Notes: generated by a model not told the origin, from the sequence alone. Positions 1 through 9,365 are shown, numbered from the stretch's first letter. The stretch: 38,935 nt of DNA from an uncultured Gammaproteobacteria bacterium (GCA_964444675.1 CAYUIC010000003.1:1-38935), one strand, 5' to 3'. Made by a program: numbers and translations.

Positions 1-61
1 GCGTACGGCGGATTTCTCCGCTTTCAGTGCATTGCATCTTAATCATGTTATCTTGCGACAT
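1..61 (-). CDS. rpmG: 50S ribosomal protein L33, 5' part (runs off window)
   Basis: Manual translation from ATG at 61: MSQDNMIKMQCTESGEIRRT, an L33-type N-terminus; lies downstream of tRNA-Thr/tRNA-Tyr as is typical. Confidence 0.8.
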   Translation of the reverse strand, partial: MSQDNMIKMQCTESGEIRRT

Positions 62-73
62 ACTATATTTTAT

Positions 74-132
74 TCCCTCACCCTGCCCTCTCCCTTTTTA
101 AGGGAGAGGGTGGCCGAAGGCCAGGAGAGGGA
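74..132. repeat. GC-rich nested palindrome, REP-like element
   Basis: CCCTCTCCCTT-TTT-AAGGGAGAGGG (86-110), TGGCC-GAA-GGCCA (111-123), outer TCCCTCACC/GGAGAGGGA. Confidence 0.6.
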
Positions 133-145
133 TTATTAATTAATG

Positions 146-229
146 TGGGCCGGGAAGGATTCGAACCTTCGAAGGCGCAAGGCCAGCAGATTTACAGTCT
201 GCCCCAGTTGACCGCTTTGGTACCGACCC
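146..229 (-). tRNA. tRNA-Tyr(GTA)
   Basis: Acceptor GGGTCGG/CCGGCCC, anticodon arm GCAGA-CTGTAAA-TCTGC, long variable arm, GGTTCGAATCC T-arm; CCA not encoded. Confidence 0.96.
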
Positions 230-237
230 GAGGGGTG

Positions 238-310
238 AGCCGTTGCGCGGATTTGAACCGCGGACCTACTCCTTACCATGGAGTTGCTCTACCAGCTGAG
301 CTACAACGGC
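238..310 (-). tRNA. tRNA-Thr(GGT)
   Basis: Acceptor GCCGTTG/CAACGGC, D-arm GCTCAGCTGGTAGAGC, anticodon arm ACTCC-ATGGTAA-GGAGT, GGTTCAAATCC T-arm. Confidence 0.96.
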
Positions 311-333
311 TGATATAGACAGCCGAGAAATAA

Positions 334-1140
334 TTAGAGCTCGGCAATCCGGCTACGGAATTGTTCGAGCTTCTGATTCTCGGGGTTCGTGGACTCAAGC
401 TTTTTATAGGCTTCCAAGGCCACTATTTTGTCTTTTTTAATTATACTGACTTCAATCAATCTGTCAAGGTAACGGGGGTTATTTTCTTCAATCTTAAGGG
501 CTTTTTTAAGGGCCATAACAGCCTTGCCCAGCTCGCCTGCCCCTTCATAGACATTTGCCAGAATAAAGTGCAACTGAGCCAATTCCAGGTCTTTGGAGCT
601 TGGTTGGTCTCCGCTTGAGGGGCGCCGTAAGTGCAAAGCATGCTCAAGGGTTTGCTTAGCCTCATTCCATAGCTCCAATTGATAATACAATTCTCCCAAT
701 TCCTTAAAGGCGTTAAAATTTCGCGGATCAAGTCCGATGATTTCAATATATTTTTTTTCTGCCATCTCAAGTCGTTCAGCTTTGACCAGCTCTTCAGCTT
801 CTGAGAGAAGCGTTTCAATGCGCTTGCCGATTTCTTGGTTAAGTGAGGCTTCACGGTTCGCCTGGCTGCGCTGCCAATCATTCAAACGATCATAAAACCA
901 ATCAAAGCCATTGCGCAGTAATCGCGAAATCGGTTTGACCGATCTGATAATCAAAAATCCCCATTTGCTTAAGCGGCGACGCAAGCGATCCGCGATAATC
1001 TGCTGCTTGAGTACTCGAGCGCGTTCCCCTGCAACTTGGTCAACATCAATATTCGCAAGAAAACCAAACTTCCTGCCGACGATAATTCCGACGACAAGCA
1101 ATCCAAGGATAACAATAGCCCAGCCAATGATGTATTCCAT
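334..1140 (-). CDS. Membrane-anchored tetratricopeptide-repeat protein
   Basis: N-terminal TM helix; TPR-like repeats (AEKKYIEIIGLDPRNFNAFKELGELY; AVMALKKALKIEENN). Confidence 0.8.
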   Translation of the reverse strand: MEYIIGWAIVILGLLVVGIIVGRKFGFLANIDVDQVAGERARVLKQQIIADRLRRRLSKWGFLIIRSVKPISRLLRNGFDWFYDRLNDWQRSQANREASLNQEIGKRIETLLSEAEELVKAERLEMAEKKYIEIIGLDPRNFNAFKELGELYYQLELWNEAKQTLEHALHLRRPSSGDQPSSKDLELAQLHFILANVYEGAGELGKAVMALKKALKIEENNPRYLDRLIEVSIIKKDKIVALEAYKKLESTNPENQKLEQFRSRIAEL

Positions 1141-1142
1141 AC

Positions 1143-2048
1143 TTAATTTTTCACAAGTAAACGATGAGCTGCCTCTGGAGCCTGGCCGTCATACACGATT
1201 GAAGCGACGGCATTGGCCAAAGCGACTGCGTCTTTAAGTGAATGTTGATGAATGTTTCTGCCTAAGGCTGCGCCGGCTGCGCCAAAACGATGCACCTGAG
1301 TATAAATGGAGTTTAAGACATCATCAGATGAACTTACTTCACCGCCGGCAAATAAAACACCGGTATGTTTGCCAGCCGCTTTAATAATTTCAGTATAGGC
1401 TTCAGGTGACATTTCACGCGGACGATTTACTTTTACAAAATCGGCGCCCAAGGCAACGGCGACGTTCACGGCTCCGGCAATAAGATGTGCGTCATACTTA
1501 TCTTTAATCGCTTTGCCGCGCGGATAGACCCAAAGTATGACCGGCAAACCTTCTTGATGCGCTTGATACACAATCTGTGCCGCTTCATGCAGCATAGCGG
1601 GTTCAAAACTCGAACCGATATACACTGTATAGCCGACCGCGGCGATCTGCAATTTAGAATTTTTAGCAAAAGTTGCAACCTGACGAACATCATACCAGGC
1701 TGCACTGTAAGGATCTTGTTCTTCTTCTGTAAGCAGATTTGTTTTGGAGTTAAGCTTGACGATATACGGAACTTTCGGATATGCGCTGCCATAACGGGCT
1801 ATCATTCCCAAATGGGTCGCAAACGCGCCAATGCGCGAGGATGAAGCGATACGGAACAGGTGTTCGGGGTCGGCATCTTCAGCTGCGCTATTCGGTCCGT
1901 AAAAATCGTCATTCAAATGTTCAACTCGTTGATCGCCGGCAAAAATAAACAAACGACCCGTATCCCTTGTTAAAAGCTCGTAATTTTTCTTGTAGGTATT
2001 TCTTTTTGTGCTTGGCACGTCAAGCGGTATTAGTATGTTCATTGCCAT
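1143..2048 (-). CDS. Class I fructose-bisphosphate aldolase (DhnA/archaeal-type family)
   Basis: FAGDQRVEH, VKLNSKT, WVYPRG, LGADFVKV (Schiff-base Lys), GRNIHQ motifs; near tpiA. Confidence 0.88.
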   Translation of the reverse strand: MAMNILIPLDVPSTKRNTYKKNYELLTRDTGRLFIFAGDQRVEHLNDDFYGPNSAAEDADPEHLFRIASSSRIGAFATHLGMIARYGSAYPKVPYIVKLNSKTNLLTEEEQDPYSAAWYDVRQVATFAKNSKLQIAAVGYTVYIGSSFEPAMLHEAAQIVYQAHQEGLPVILWVYPRGKAIKDKYDAHLIAGAVNVAVALGADFVKVNRPREMSPEAYTEIIKAAGKHTGVLFAGGEVSSSDDVLNSIYTQVHRFGAAGAALGRNIHQHSLKDAVALANAVASIVYDGQAPEAAHRLLVKN

Positions 2049-2284
2049 GAAATTATTAGCTGGTAAATATAATGTGCTAAAAATAACAATCCTACAACTC
2101 CACCGGTTCCAATTAAGATATAAAAGATAAAACGAGCCCCACTTTCAACCGTATCTATTGAACTTGGTAATTCTTTATTAACAAAAAAATCAAATACTAT
2201 ATCGTACCATGCGGGATTTGTATGCCCCGGATCTTCTTCTATGGCCGTACTAATATCTATCCCTTTTTTCAATATATTACTCAT
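2039..2284 (-). CDS. Small hypothetical membrane protein
   Basis: 81-aa ORF filling the tpiA-aldolase gap, C-terminal hydrophobic helix, AT-rich. Confidence 0.65.
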   Translation of the reverse strand: MSNILKKGIDISTAIEEDPGHTNPAWYDIVFDFFVNKELPSSIDTVESGARFIFYILIGTGGVVGLLFLAHYIYQLIISWQ

Positions 2285-2288
2285 ATCC

Positions 2289-3035
2289 TTAGTCTATCAC
2301 ACGTTCAGCAAGGCGTAAAAATGAGCGAAGATTTAAACTTGCGCCGCCCACTAAAAATCCATCAACACCGGTTTCCATAATTGGCATGACGGTTTTTTCA
2401 TCAACACTGCCGCCATACAATACGCCGCAGGATTGATCGGCCCGATCGCCAAAATAACGACGAAGCAACACGCGAATCACATCAGTGACATAGGCGATTT
2501 CTTCAGCACTTGGTGTTTCACCACTACCAATCGCCCAAACCGGTTCATACGCCACCAACAATTGCTGACCCAAACCAAGACTTAATCCATCCAAGGCTTC
2601 ATGTAATTGTCGAGACAACACTTCTTCGCGTTCATTGGCTTCGCGATCTGCGGCGCTTTCACCGATGCATAAAATGGGATTAAATTTGCGCGAGTCCAAA
2701 GCTGCCGCGACTTTGCGGTGTATCATCCAATCTTCTTCACCCAGATGTTCCCTGCGTTCGCTGTGTCCGATGATAACATAATGCACATCCATTTCAATTA
2801 AATCACGCGGCGAAACTTCTCCGGTAAAGGAACCGGCTGTTTCCCAAAACATATCTTGTGCGCCGAGAGCGACACTCGAATCTTCTAAGGCTTTAGCGAC
2901 AAAGGGCAGGCTCGTAAAGCTTGGGCACGCGACAATAGTAACTTTTGATTTTTTAAAAGCGTCAGCGTAGCTTTCGGCCAGCGCGATGCTGTCCTTGACC
3001 GTTAGATTCATTTTCCAGTTGGCGATTAGATACAT
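2289..3035 (-). CDS. tpiA: Triose-phosphate isomerase
   Basis: ANWKMN, GHSERR, AYEPVWAIG, LYGGSV, LVGGASL. Confidence 0.97.
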   Translation of the reverse strand: MYLIANWKMNLTVKDSIALAESYADAFKKSKVTIVACPSFTSLPFVAKALEDSSVALGAQDMFWETAGSFTGEVSPRDLIEMDVHYVIIGHSERREHLGEEDWMIHRKVAAALDSRKFNPILCIGESAADREANEREEVLSRQLHEALDGLSLGLGQQLLVAYEPVWAIGSGETPSAEEIAYVTDVIRVLLRRYFGDRADQSCGVLYGGSVDEKTVMPIMETGVDGFLVGGASLNLRSFLRLAERVID

Positions 3036-3039
3036 ATAA

Positions 3040-3936
3040 CTAATTTTCCCACAGATAGGCCCTCATCGTCCAGTCAAGGATTTTTAAGGTTTCGGAAAAG
3101 CGTTTTTCATCCTCCGGAGCCCCTAATATGGCTGTAATAAAACGACGGTTTTTATATTCAAAAATTCCGGCAAAACAATAGCCGGCCTCATCAAGATGTC
3201 CGGTTTTTCCGCCGAGCAAATAGCTTCCTTTGGGCATAGTCCTGCCCAAGAGCTGGTTGGTCGACTTTACTTCTCGCCTGACGCTTGACGATACATTAAA
3301 ACTATACCTGCTTAATTCAAGCGCGTCGGTAATTTCTTTTTTTTCAAAAGCTTTCTCCGCTAATTTCGCAACGGCAAGAGCCGATCCCGTGTTGCCGGTA
3401 TCAAGGCCCGTCGGATCCTTGAACTCGATTCCCCTAATGCGGAGGATATCCGCTTTGTCGTTCATGGCTTTAACAAAGGCCTCTTCGCTCAAACCTGTCG
3501 AGCGCACCAAAACAGTAATTGCGGAATTATCTGAAGCAATCAACGCCGCCTTAAACAAATCTTTAATCATAATCTTGTCTCCGGAAAAAATGTTTGCTTT
3601 GGCGCCACCGCGCAAGTCTTCCTTGTTCACGACGATATCGCTTTCCCAGCCCGGATTATGATCCAAAAAAACCAAGGCGGTCATTAACTTTGTCAGGCTG
3701 GCAATGGGTTGTTGGTTGTCAGCGCTGATATCAAGCAAACGAAAGCCTGATTCAGTATCAAGCACAACCGCGGAGTCAGCGGCGATTTTAGGCAACTCAA
3801 GAGATTGGCGCACCGGCACGCGATGATTAAATACTTCGAGCAATCGACTCGGAACAACTGCCGGTTGTGTATGTTGTGAAAAAAGACTGATGCCAAGAAA
3901 TACCGCGATAAAAATAAGGCCTATCAAAGCTGGCAT
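3040..3936 (-). CDS. D-alanyl-D-alanine carboxypeptidase/endopeptidase (peptidase S11)
   Basis: IASLTKLMTA (SxxK), SDN (SxN), GKTG motifs; N-terminal TM/signal. Confidence 0.92.
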   Translation of the reverse strand: MPALIGLIFIAVFLGISLFSQHTQPAVVPSRLLEVFNHRVPVRQSLELPKIAADSAVVLDTESGFRLLDISADNQQPIASLTKLMTALVFLDHNPGWESDIVVNKEDLRGGAKANIFSGDKIMIKDLFKAALIASDNSAITVLVRSTGLSEEAFVKAMNDKADILRIRGIEFKDPTGLDTGNTGSALAVAKLAEKAFEKKEITDALELSRYSFNVSSSVRREVKSTNQLLGRTMPKGSYLLGGKTGHLDEAGYCFAGIFEYKNRRFITAILGAPEDEKRFSETLKILDWTMRAYLWEN

Positions 3937-3939
3937 AGT

Positions 3940-4491
3940 TTATGAACTTATGGCCTCCGGTTCAGCCAACATGCGGTCAAGCGAGTCATCGGCTTTCAGG
4001 CGCGCATATTCCGGCAGCTGAGAAACATCGCTGATACCGAGGAAGCGCACAAAATCAAGCGTGACGCTGTAATACGTTTCATCTTTCTTTTTATCAACCT
4101 TGGCTTCGATTAAGCCGTGCAATAATAAATTTCTTAAAATTAACGCGCAGTTAACACCGCGAATGCGGTCCAGGTCAATTTTTGAAATTGGTCCGCGGTA
4201 TGCGATAATCGTGAGCGCTTCAATGCTTGGCTTGGTCAATTCGCCCATTGTTTCGTCTTTGATAAATTCTTTTATCAAAGCCGCGCAGTCGGGCGCGCTT
4301 ACCATTTGATAGCTTGAGCCCTGCTTAACAAGGGCGACGCCGCGTTCTTCGCGTCTGCAGTCTTCGCTGAGCTCATCGAGCGCAGCCGTAATTTTTTCCG
4401 GCGAAGCTTTAATCAGGTCCGACAGGTCTTTTACTTTTAATGGCTTGGCGGCAACGAATAACAGTGCCTCAAGAGATGCTTTAAGATTCAT
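3940..4491 (-). CDS. scpB: SMC-Scp complex subunit ScpB
   Basis: LEALLF, EALTIIAYRGPI, RIRGVN, FLGISDVSQLP; adjacent to scpA. Confidence 0.95.
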   Translation of the reverse strand: MNLKASLEALLFVAAKPLKVKDLSDLIKASPEKITAALDELSEDCRREERGVALVKQGSSYQMVSAPDCAALIKEFIKDETMGELTKPSIEALTIIAYRGPISKIDLDRIRGVNCALILRNLLLHGLIEAKVDKKKDETYYSVTLDFVRFLGISDVSQLPEYARLKADDSLDRMLAEPEAISS

Positions 4492-4493
4492 AA

Positions 4494-5216
4494 CTATGAT
4501 TGATTATCTAATCTAAAAATTTCAATTTCGGAAAACAATTCAGTTTGATCCGCGCTGATTGTACGCTGCTTCATGAGCTCAAGCATAGCGAGGAAACTGA
4601 CAATCACTTCCACTTTTGAATTTGCTTTTTTGATGATTTCGGAAAAACGCGAACGAATCTTGCCGACAAGTGTTTCTTCGATAAAACGAATTTTCTCTTC
4701 GATGTTAATTACAATTTCCACCGTTCCTTCTTCCAATTTTTCAATCAATGGTTTGATGTGGCTGATAACTTCCTGATATATCTCCGCCATCATTGATAAT
4801 TTCAAGTTGGTCGGGGGTGAAAAAATGCCGAGATTGGCGACGAGCGCTTTGCGGTTAAATTCGCGCTCAAACATGAAATGTTTACCCGCAACCATTTTCT
4901 CAATCTTTTTCGAAGCTTCCAAAAACTCTTTATACATCCGCAGCTGCTGTTCAAAATCCTCAATGGCTTGTTCCTCTTCAGGCAGAAGATACGGCAACAA
5001 GGCTTTCGCTTTAATTAACAACAAACGCGAAGCAACCACCAAAAAGTCGGCCATTTCTTCGGGATTTATCTCCGTTGTCATAGCCCGCAGCTCGGCGATA
5101 TACTGATCGGCGATTTTCGCCAAACTGACCTGGGTAATATCAAGCTCGGCTTTATCGATCAATTTAACCAATAAAGCGAGCGGTCCTTCAAATTGTTCAA
5201 GCTTGATGTTCATCAT
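4494..5216 (-). CDS. scpA: Segregation and condensation protein A
   Basis: FEGPLALL, IADQY, FLVVASRLLLIKAKALLP, IVSFLAMLELMK. Confidence 0.95.
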   Translation of the reverse strand: MMNIKLEQFEGPLALLVKLIDKAELDITQVSLAKIADQYIAELRAMTTEINPEEMADFLVVASRLLLIKAKALLPYLLPEEEQAIEDFEQQLRMYKEFLEASKKIEKMVAGKHFMFEREFNRKALVANLGIFSPPTNLKLSMMAEIYQEVISHIKPLIEKLEEGTVEIVINIEEKIRFIEETLVGKIRSRFSEIIKKANSKVEVIVSFLAMLELMKQRTISADQTELFSEIEIFRLDNQS

Positions 5217-5221
5217 TGTTC

Positions 5222-6151
5222 TTAACGAACCGGTACTGCTTTTGTCGCTGCGCCCTGATCATAATCAAGTGCTTTTTGTTTCAAGCACTGATAGCCGGCG
5301 GCATGCGGCCAACGATCCGAGTAAGTATAATCACGTTGGTTTTCCTGGTTTCGGTTATCAGTTTGGAACTCCGCACATAATTCATAGCCGTCAACACCGA
5401 CTTTCTTGTAGTCGTAGCTTTTAGCGGAAAGCGGATCTTTGAAATTATTAATATCAAGATAGGGCGACTCTTCAAAAGCTTGCGCTATAGTTTCAGGCAA
5501 ACGGTTGTTTTTCGAATAATAGGTATTGATTGCACTGTCAATCTGAGTAAATTGATTCAACACTTCCTGGTCGTGTTTTCGCTGACGAGCTTCAGCCGGC
5601 GACTCAACAAAAAAGAAACTGAAGATAAGCGCGCCAATCGTGATAACCAGAGCTCCGATAAAGTATGTTCGAATGACCGGATCAGCCGCAACAATCTTGT
5701 CGCGACGAACATCATAAAAATAATAGCTGAAAATAATTGCGGAGATAAGGAAGGCCACCAAAGCTTTCAAACCTGAGCGCAAGACCAACTCGCCGTCAAG
5801 GTAGTTATTGATTGTGACAATCAACCATACGACCATTACAATCGAACTGACCAATAGGATAAAATAGACGAGCCAACGTCGGATACCGGCTTCTTTGTCC
5901 AAATCCTTGTTTTTCAAACTCTTCTCAATAACATACATCAAGCTGAAATAAATCGGTATGGAAATAATTAAATAAGAAATCGCCGTGGTCAATTGCATGA
6001 ACGGGCTTGAATATGTCGTGAGAGCGTCACTGACATATTTATTGATTGCATGAAAGAATACTTGTCCCGTGCCCAAAGCGACAAACAACAACGCAAAGAG
6101 GGAGAACATGTATAGGAAAGCGAACTTGGCATTGGAATTTTTTAACATCAT
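5222..6151 (-). CDS. DUF5671-type multi-pass membrane protein with C-terminal pilin-like soluble domain
   Basis: Five TM segments, IRRWLVYFILL, YYFYDVRR; C-terminal SPAEARQRKHD...YELCAEF typical of CPR proteins. Confidence 0.7.
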   Translation of the reverse strand: MMLKNSNAKFAFLYMFSLFALLFVALGTGQVFFHAINKYVSDALTTYSSPFMQLTTAISYLIISIPIYFSLMYVIEKSLKNKDLDKEAGIRRWLVYFILLVSSIVMVVWLIVTINNYLDGELVLRSGLKALVAFLISAIIFSYYFYDVRRDKIVAADPVIRTYFIGALVITIGALIFSFFFVESPAEARQRKHDQEVLNQFTQIDSAINTYYSKNNRLPETIAQAFEESPYLDINNFKDPLSAKSYDYKKVGVDGYELCAEFQTDNRNQENQRDYTYSDRWPHAAGYQCLKQKALDYDQGAATKAVPVR

Positions 6152-6165
6152 ATGGTTATTTTTTA

Positions 6166-6759
6166 TTAAACGGCATTTTCCAAACTGGCACGCAACCAGT
6201 TATCGAGCCGACGATTCATTATTTTAAAATCTTCTTTTGAATGCGAGTGAGTAGCAGCTTCGTACAATGACTTCGGTGAATACTCGATTTGTTTAAACGG
6301 TGTACCGAGTCCTAATTTTTCAAAGCAGAAACATAAAAATATTTTTGCAAACCACTGATACCACGCGCTTTCGGCCTTGCCTTCATTCATCAACGCGCAG
6401 AAATCAGCAATTAAGTGAAATAACTCTTCATCCTTCTCGCCTTCTTGAATCAAGCGATTGAGATGTCCGATAGCGAAACCTGTCGCCGCAATCTTATCAT
6501 AGTCGGCCTTGAGCAGCGGATAGCAATTTCGGCTGGAAGCGGCGGCAGCCGTTGGTATTCCCTTGCCCTCAATAACCATCAATTCAAGCAGGGTCAATGG
6601 TTCAAGATGAGCCGACATTTTAGAGCTTAAACGTCTGGCTCCTCGCACCAGGAGGCTCAGTTTGCCATGCTCAAGCGTAAAAACATCAACCAAGCTATCA
6701 TTCTCCCGCCAGGGGCGTGTTCGCAGAGAAATAGCCGGTGTAGAAAGGGTTTGCGGCAT
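6166..6759 (-). CDS. recO: DNA repair protein RecO (short form)
   Basis: N-terminal OB fold: ENDSLVDVFTLEHGKLSLLVRGARRLSSKMSAHLEP. Confidence 0.9.
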   Translation of the reverse strand: MPQTLSTPAISLRTRPWRENDSLVDVFTLEHGKLSLLVRGARRLSSKMSAHLEPLTLLELMVIEGKGIPTAAAASSRNCYPLLKADYDKIAATGFAIGHLNRLIQEGEKDEELFHLIADFCALMNEGKAESAWYQWFAKIFLCFCFEKLGLGTPFKQIEYSPKSLYEAATHSHSKEDFKIMNRRLDNWLRASLENAV

Positions 6760-6773
6760 GTGTATAGTATAGC

Positions 6774-7172
6774 CTATTCCAGCCTATCAAAATAGCCCTG
6801 TAAAATGATCATTGCGGCCATTGCATCCCTATTCCCCTCTTTGCGCGCATTGGGATCAAGCGAATCTGCAGCCTGCGAAGAAAAACGTTCATCAACCAAC
6901 GAAATCGGTAATTTTGTCCGGTCAGTAATGGTCCTGAGGAAAGTTGAAAAATCAGGATCAAGTCCGCCTACTTGGCTATTAACCGGCTCGCCAATAACCA
7001 AACGTTCGATTCCCTCTTCTGTAATTACCGCTTCAAGTTCCTCTAAGTTGGCAACATTTTTTAGGGGCGAAGCTAACTTTGTTGCAGCATTTCCCAAAGC
7101 CAAGCCAATGCGAGCCTTACCCCAATCAATGCCTAAACACTGTTCCTCTTTATGACTTTGTGATGATGTCAT
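6774..7172 (-). CDS. ruvX: YqgF/RuvX family nuclease
   Basis: LGIDWGKARIGLA, VIGEP, VDERFSS, DAMAAMIILQGY. Confidence 0.93.
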   Translation of the reverse strand: MTSSQSHKEEQCLGIDWGKARIGLALGNAATKLASPLKNVANLEELEAVITEEGIERLVIGEPVNSQVGGLDPDFSTFLRTITDRTKLPISLVDERFSSQAADSLDPNARKEGNRDAMAAMIILQGYFDRLE

Positions 7173-7938
7173 ATCCGTCTTCTGTTATTGCGATAGTATG
7201 TTCAAAATGCGCGCTCATAGATCCGTCCGCAGTAACAAAGGTAAAATTATCCGCCGCTGTCTCAATATGGAAGTCTCCTAAGGTAAACATTGGTTCAATT
7301 GCGATGACCATGCCTGGCTTCAATTCCACGTTCGGGAATTCACCGTTAGTGATATGATAATTTGGAACTTGCGGTTCTTCATGCACTTCAAGACCGACGC
7401 CGTGTCCCACTAAATCGCGAACAACGCCGAGTTTATTTTTCTTGGCAACATTTTCAACCGCACACCCAATATCATCCAAAGTATTTCCCGGAATTGCCGC
7501 TTTGATTCCGGCCATTAAAGCTTCGCGAGTTGCGTCCAGTAATTTCTTATTCTCTTTTGAAATTTTTCCAACGGCGACGGTCACGGCTGTATCGGTAAAA
7601 TAACCTTTGCGCGCCGGATATTCCATGCCGATATCCAAACTCACAATATCGCCTTCCATTAATTCTCGAGTTGGAAGCGCCGGACCATGAACAATTTCAT
7701 CATTAATTGAAATACATAAAGCAGTCGGAAACGGATTTGACTGAGGCGATGGCTTATAACCTTTAAAGGCAGGACGGCCACCTTCTTCTTCAATACGCAT
7801 GAGTGCATGATGTTCAAGTTGCGAAGTATGTAATCCGGGTTTTACCATGCCGGCAAGCTCAGCTAAAATAGCGCCGAGCTTTTGTCCGCCTTCTTTAATT
7901 TTTGCAATCTCTTCGTTTGTCTTAATTAATCTACTCAT
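7150..7938 (-). CDS. map: Type I methionine aminopeptidase
   Basis: CISINDEIVHG, GDIVSLDIG, GHGVGLEVHEEP, IAIEPM, SAHFEHT. Confidence 0.97.
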   Translation of the reverse strand: MSRLIKTNEEIAKIKEGGQKLGAILAELAGMVKPGLHTSQLEHHALMRIEEEGGRPAFKGYKPSPQSNPFPTALCISINDEIVHGPALPTRELMEGDIVSLDIGMEYPARKGYFTDTAVTVAVGKISKENKKLLDATREALMAGIKAAIPGNTLDDIGCAVENVAKKNKLGVVRDLVGHGVGLEVHEEPQVPNYHITNGEFPNVELKPGMVIAIEPMFTLGDFHIETAADNFTFVTADGSMSAHFEHTIAITEDGYDIITKS

Positions 7939-8603
7939 TTCTTCTTTTTTATAACGCCATACTCTTTGAGTTTGGCTTTTAATTCTTTTTGGATTTTGTC
8001 AATTTCTTGTTCGCCGTTCACTTCAATGATTGAGCCGCGACCCGAGGCTTTTTCAAGCATCGGACGGGTCAGAGCATGATAGTACTTAAGGCGCTGTTTG
8101 ATAATTTTTGGCGTATCATCCGCGCGAGTGATTAAGGTCTTGCCGCATAAATCGCATTTATTCGCCCGGTGCGGCTTGTTGTAAAGCAAATGATACGATG
8201 CGCCGCATTCGCAAACCCTTCTGCCTGATAAACGACGCAAGACTTCTTTGTCAGACACACTAATCACCACAAAATACAAACGGTCAGTGGTTTTGGTTAA
8301 TTTGAGCAAATGGCGCAATTGCTCGATTTTTCTCGGATAGCCGTCAAGTAAAAAGCCGCGCTTGGCGTCGGTCTTGGCAATGCGATGGCGCAGGATATGG
8401 TCCATCAAAGTAACGCCAAGCATTTTACCTTGAGACATCAAGGTTTTGACGTGTTGTCCGAGAACCGAGCCGGTCTTTTGTTCGCGACGCAAAAGTTCAC
8501 CGGTCGAAATGGCCGGCAAATTAAGGGTTTCGGCCAGCATGTCGGATTGGGTGCCTTTGCCCGATCCGGGAGGGCCGAAAAAGACGATGATTGTTCGAGT
8601 CAT
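7935..8603 (-). CDS. adk: Adenylate kinase (Zn-lid type); start placed at ATG 8603
   Basis: GPPGSGKGTQ, ISTGELLR, FLLDGYPR, lid CEC..CDLC, RADD; stop overlaps the map start (ATGA). Confidence 0.95.
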   Translation of the reverse strand: MTRTIIVFFGPPGSGKGTQSDMLAETLNLPAISTGELLRREQKTGSVLGQHVKTLMSQGKMLGVTLMDHILRHRIAKTDAKRGFLLDGYPRKIEQLRHLLKLTKTTDRLYFVVISVSDKEVLRRLSGRRVCECGASYHLLYNKPHRANKCDLCGKTLITRADDTPKIIKQRLKYYHALTRPMLEKASGRGSIIEVNGEQEIDKIQKELKAKLKEYGVIKKKK

Positions 8604-8605
8604 AT
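8569..8605. repeat. 37-bp exact direct repeat, copy 1 (adk 5' end)
   Basis: GGAGGGCCGAAAAAGACGATGATTGTTCGAGTCATAT, identical at 9394-9430. Confidence 0.95.
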
Positions 8606-8650
8606 ATATGAATATTAGCATTATTAGAAGTAAAAATAAAGATTAAAAAG

Positions 8651-8677
8651 AAAAACAGCGGTCTTTCTTGACCGCTG
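8651..8677 (-). terminator. Rho-independent terminator after the orphan gene
   Basis: Stem CAGCGGTC/GACCGCTG followed by a T-run on the minus strand. Confidence 0.8.
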
Positions 8678-8713
8678 CTCGTTGTATTATTTAGTTAATG
8701 AGATTTATTTGTT

Positions 8714-9211
8714 TTAAACATTGAGAGAAATGTGGCAATAGGCTCTCATTTCCGGAAAGGTTTCAAAACCTATCCTGGAAAATTCACCATGATACTTCCA
8801 AAATATTTCCTTAGCTTCCAGTACGGCTTCTTCGTTACGTTTTCTAAGCTCGTAGCAATTTGCTATAATTTGATGAGGAATATTTAATGATTCACTATCA
8901 TATGTCCACTTGCGCGCCTCGGGACTAACAGGCTTATCAAGAAGATCATTTAAATAAGCAGTGTCTTGTTCCTGTTTTGTACATGCATCTTTAAAGCGAA
9001 GGGCGAGCATTTTTAATATTGCCTCAACCGATCTCATTTCTTTTTCCCGGCGACGAGGGTGCATTAGTCCATCGAATCTTTCCTTCTTGACATAAACATT
9101 TTTCATACTCTGCAAATCAACATAGTTTTCAATAGGAAAGCCACATAAATCAGCAATTTCTTTAAGGTAATTAAAGTCCTTACTTCTGGTCTCTTCATTA
9201 TTTTTAAACAT
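8714..9211 (-). CDS. Hypothetical helical protein (165 aa from ATG 9211)
   Basis: ORF with SD-like GAGGTAGGAG before MFKNNEE, own promoter and terminator; no family recognised. Confidence 0.75.
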   Translation of the reverse strand: MFKNNEETRSKDFNYLKEIADLCGFPIENYVDLQSMKNVYVKKERFDGLMHPRRREKEMRSVEAILKMLALRFKDACTKQEQDTAYLNDLLDKPVSPEARKWTYDSESLNIPHQIIANCYELRKRNEEAVLEAKEIFWKYHGEFSRIGFETFPEMRAYCHISLNV

Positions 9212-9276
9212 TTGTATTCTCCTACCTCTTTCTTTGAGGGTTCTTTTAGGATTGTAAAATAACAGCTTACTTTTAT

Positions 9277-9305
9277 AGTATAACATATTATATAAATATT
9301 GTCAA
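9277..9305 (-). promoter_or_regulatory. Sigma70-type promoter
   Basis: TTGACA-N17-TATACT with TG at the extended -10 position. Confidence 0.8.
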
Positions 9306-9365
9306 TATGTTATAAAATAAGCCTTTTTCACTAAAAAACCCCGACGTTTTTAACCTCAAAATCTC

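Noticed and set aside
272-280. A at position 32 of the tRNA-Thr anticodon loop
   Set aside because: ATGGTAA loops occur in ordinary bacterial tRNA-Thr(GGT)
7935-7938. Possible TGA recoding (code 25)
   Set aside because: adk ends in TGA overlapping the map ATG, and long conserved genes read through without internal TGA, consistent with code 11
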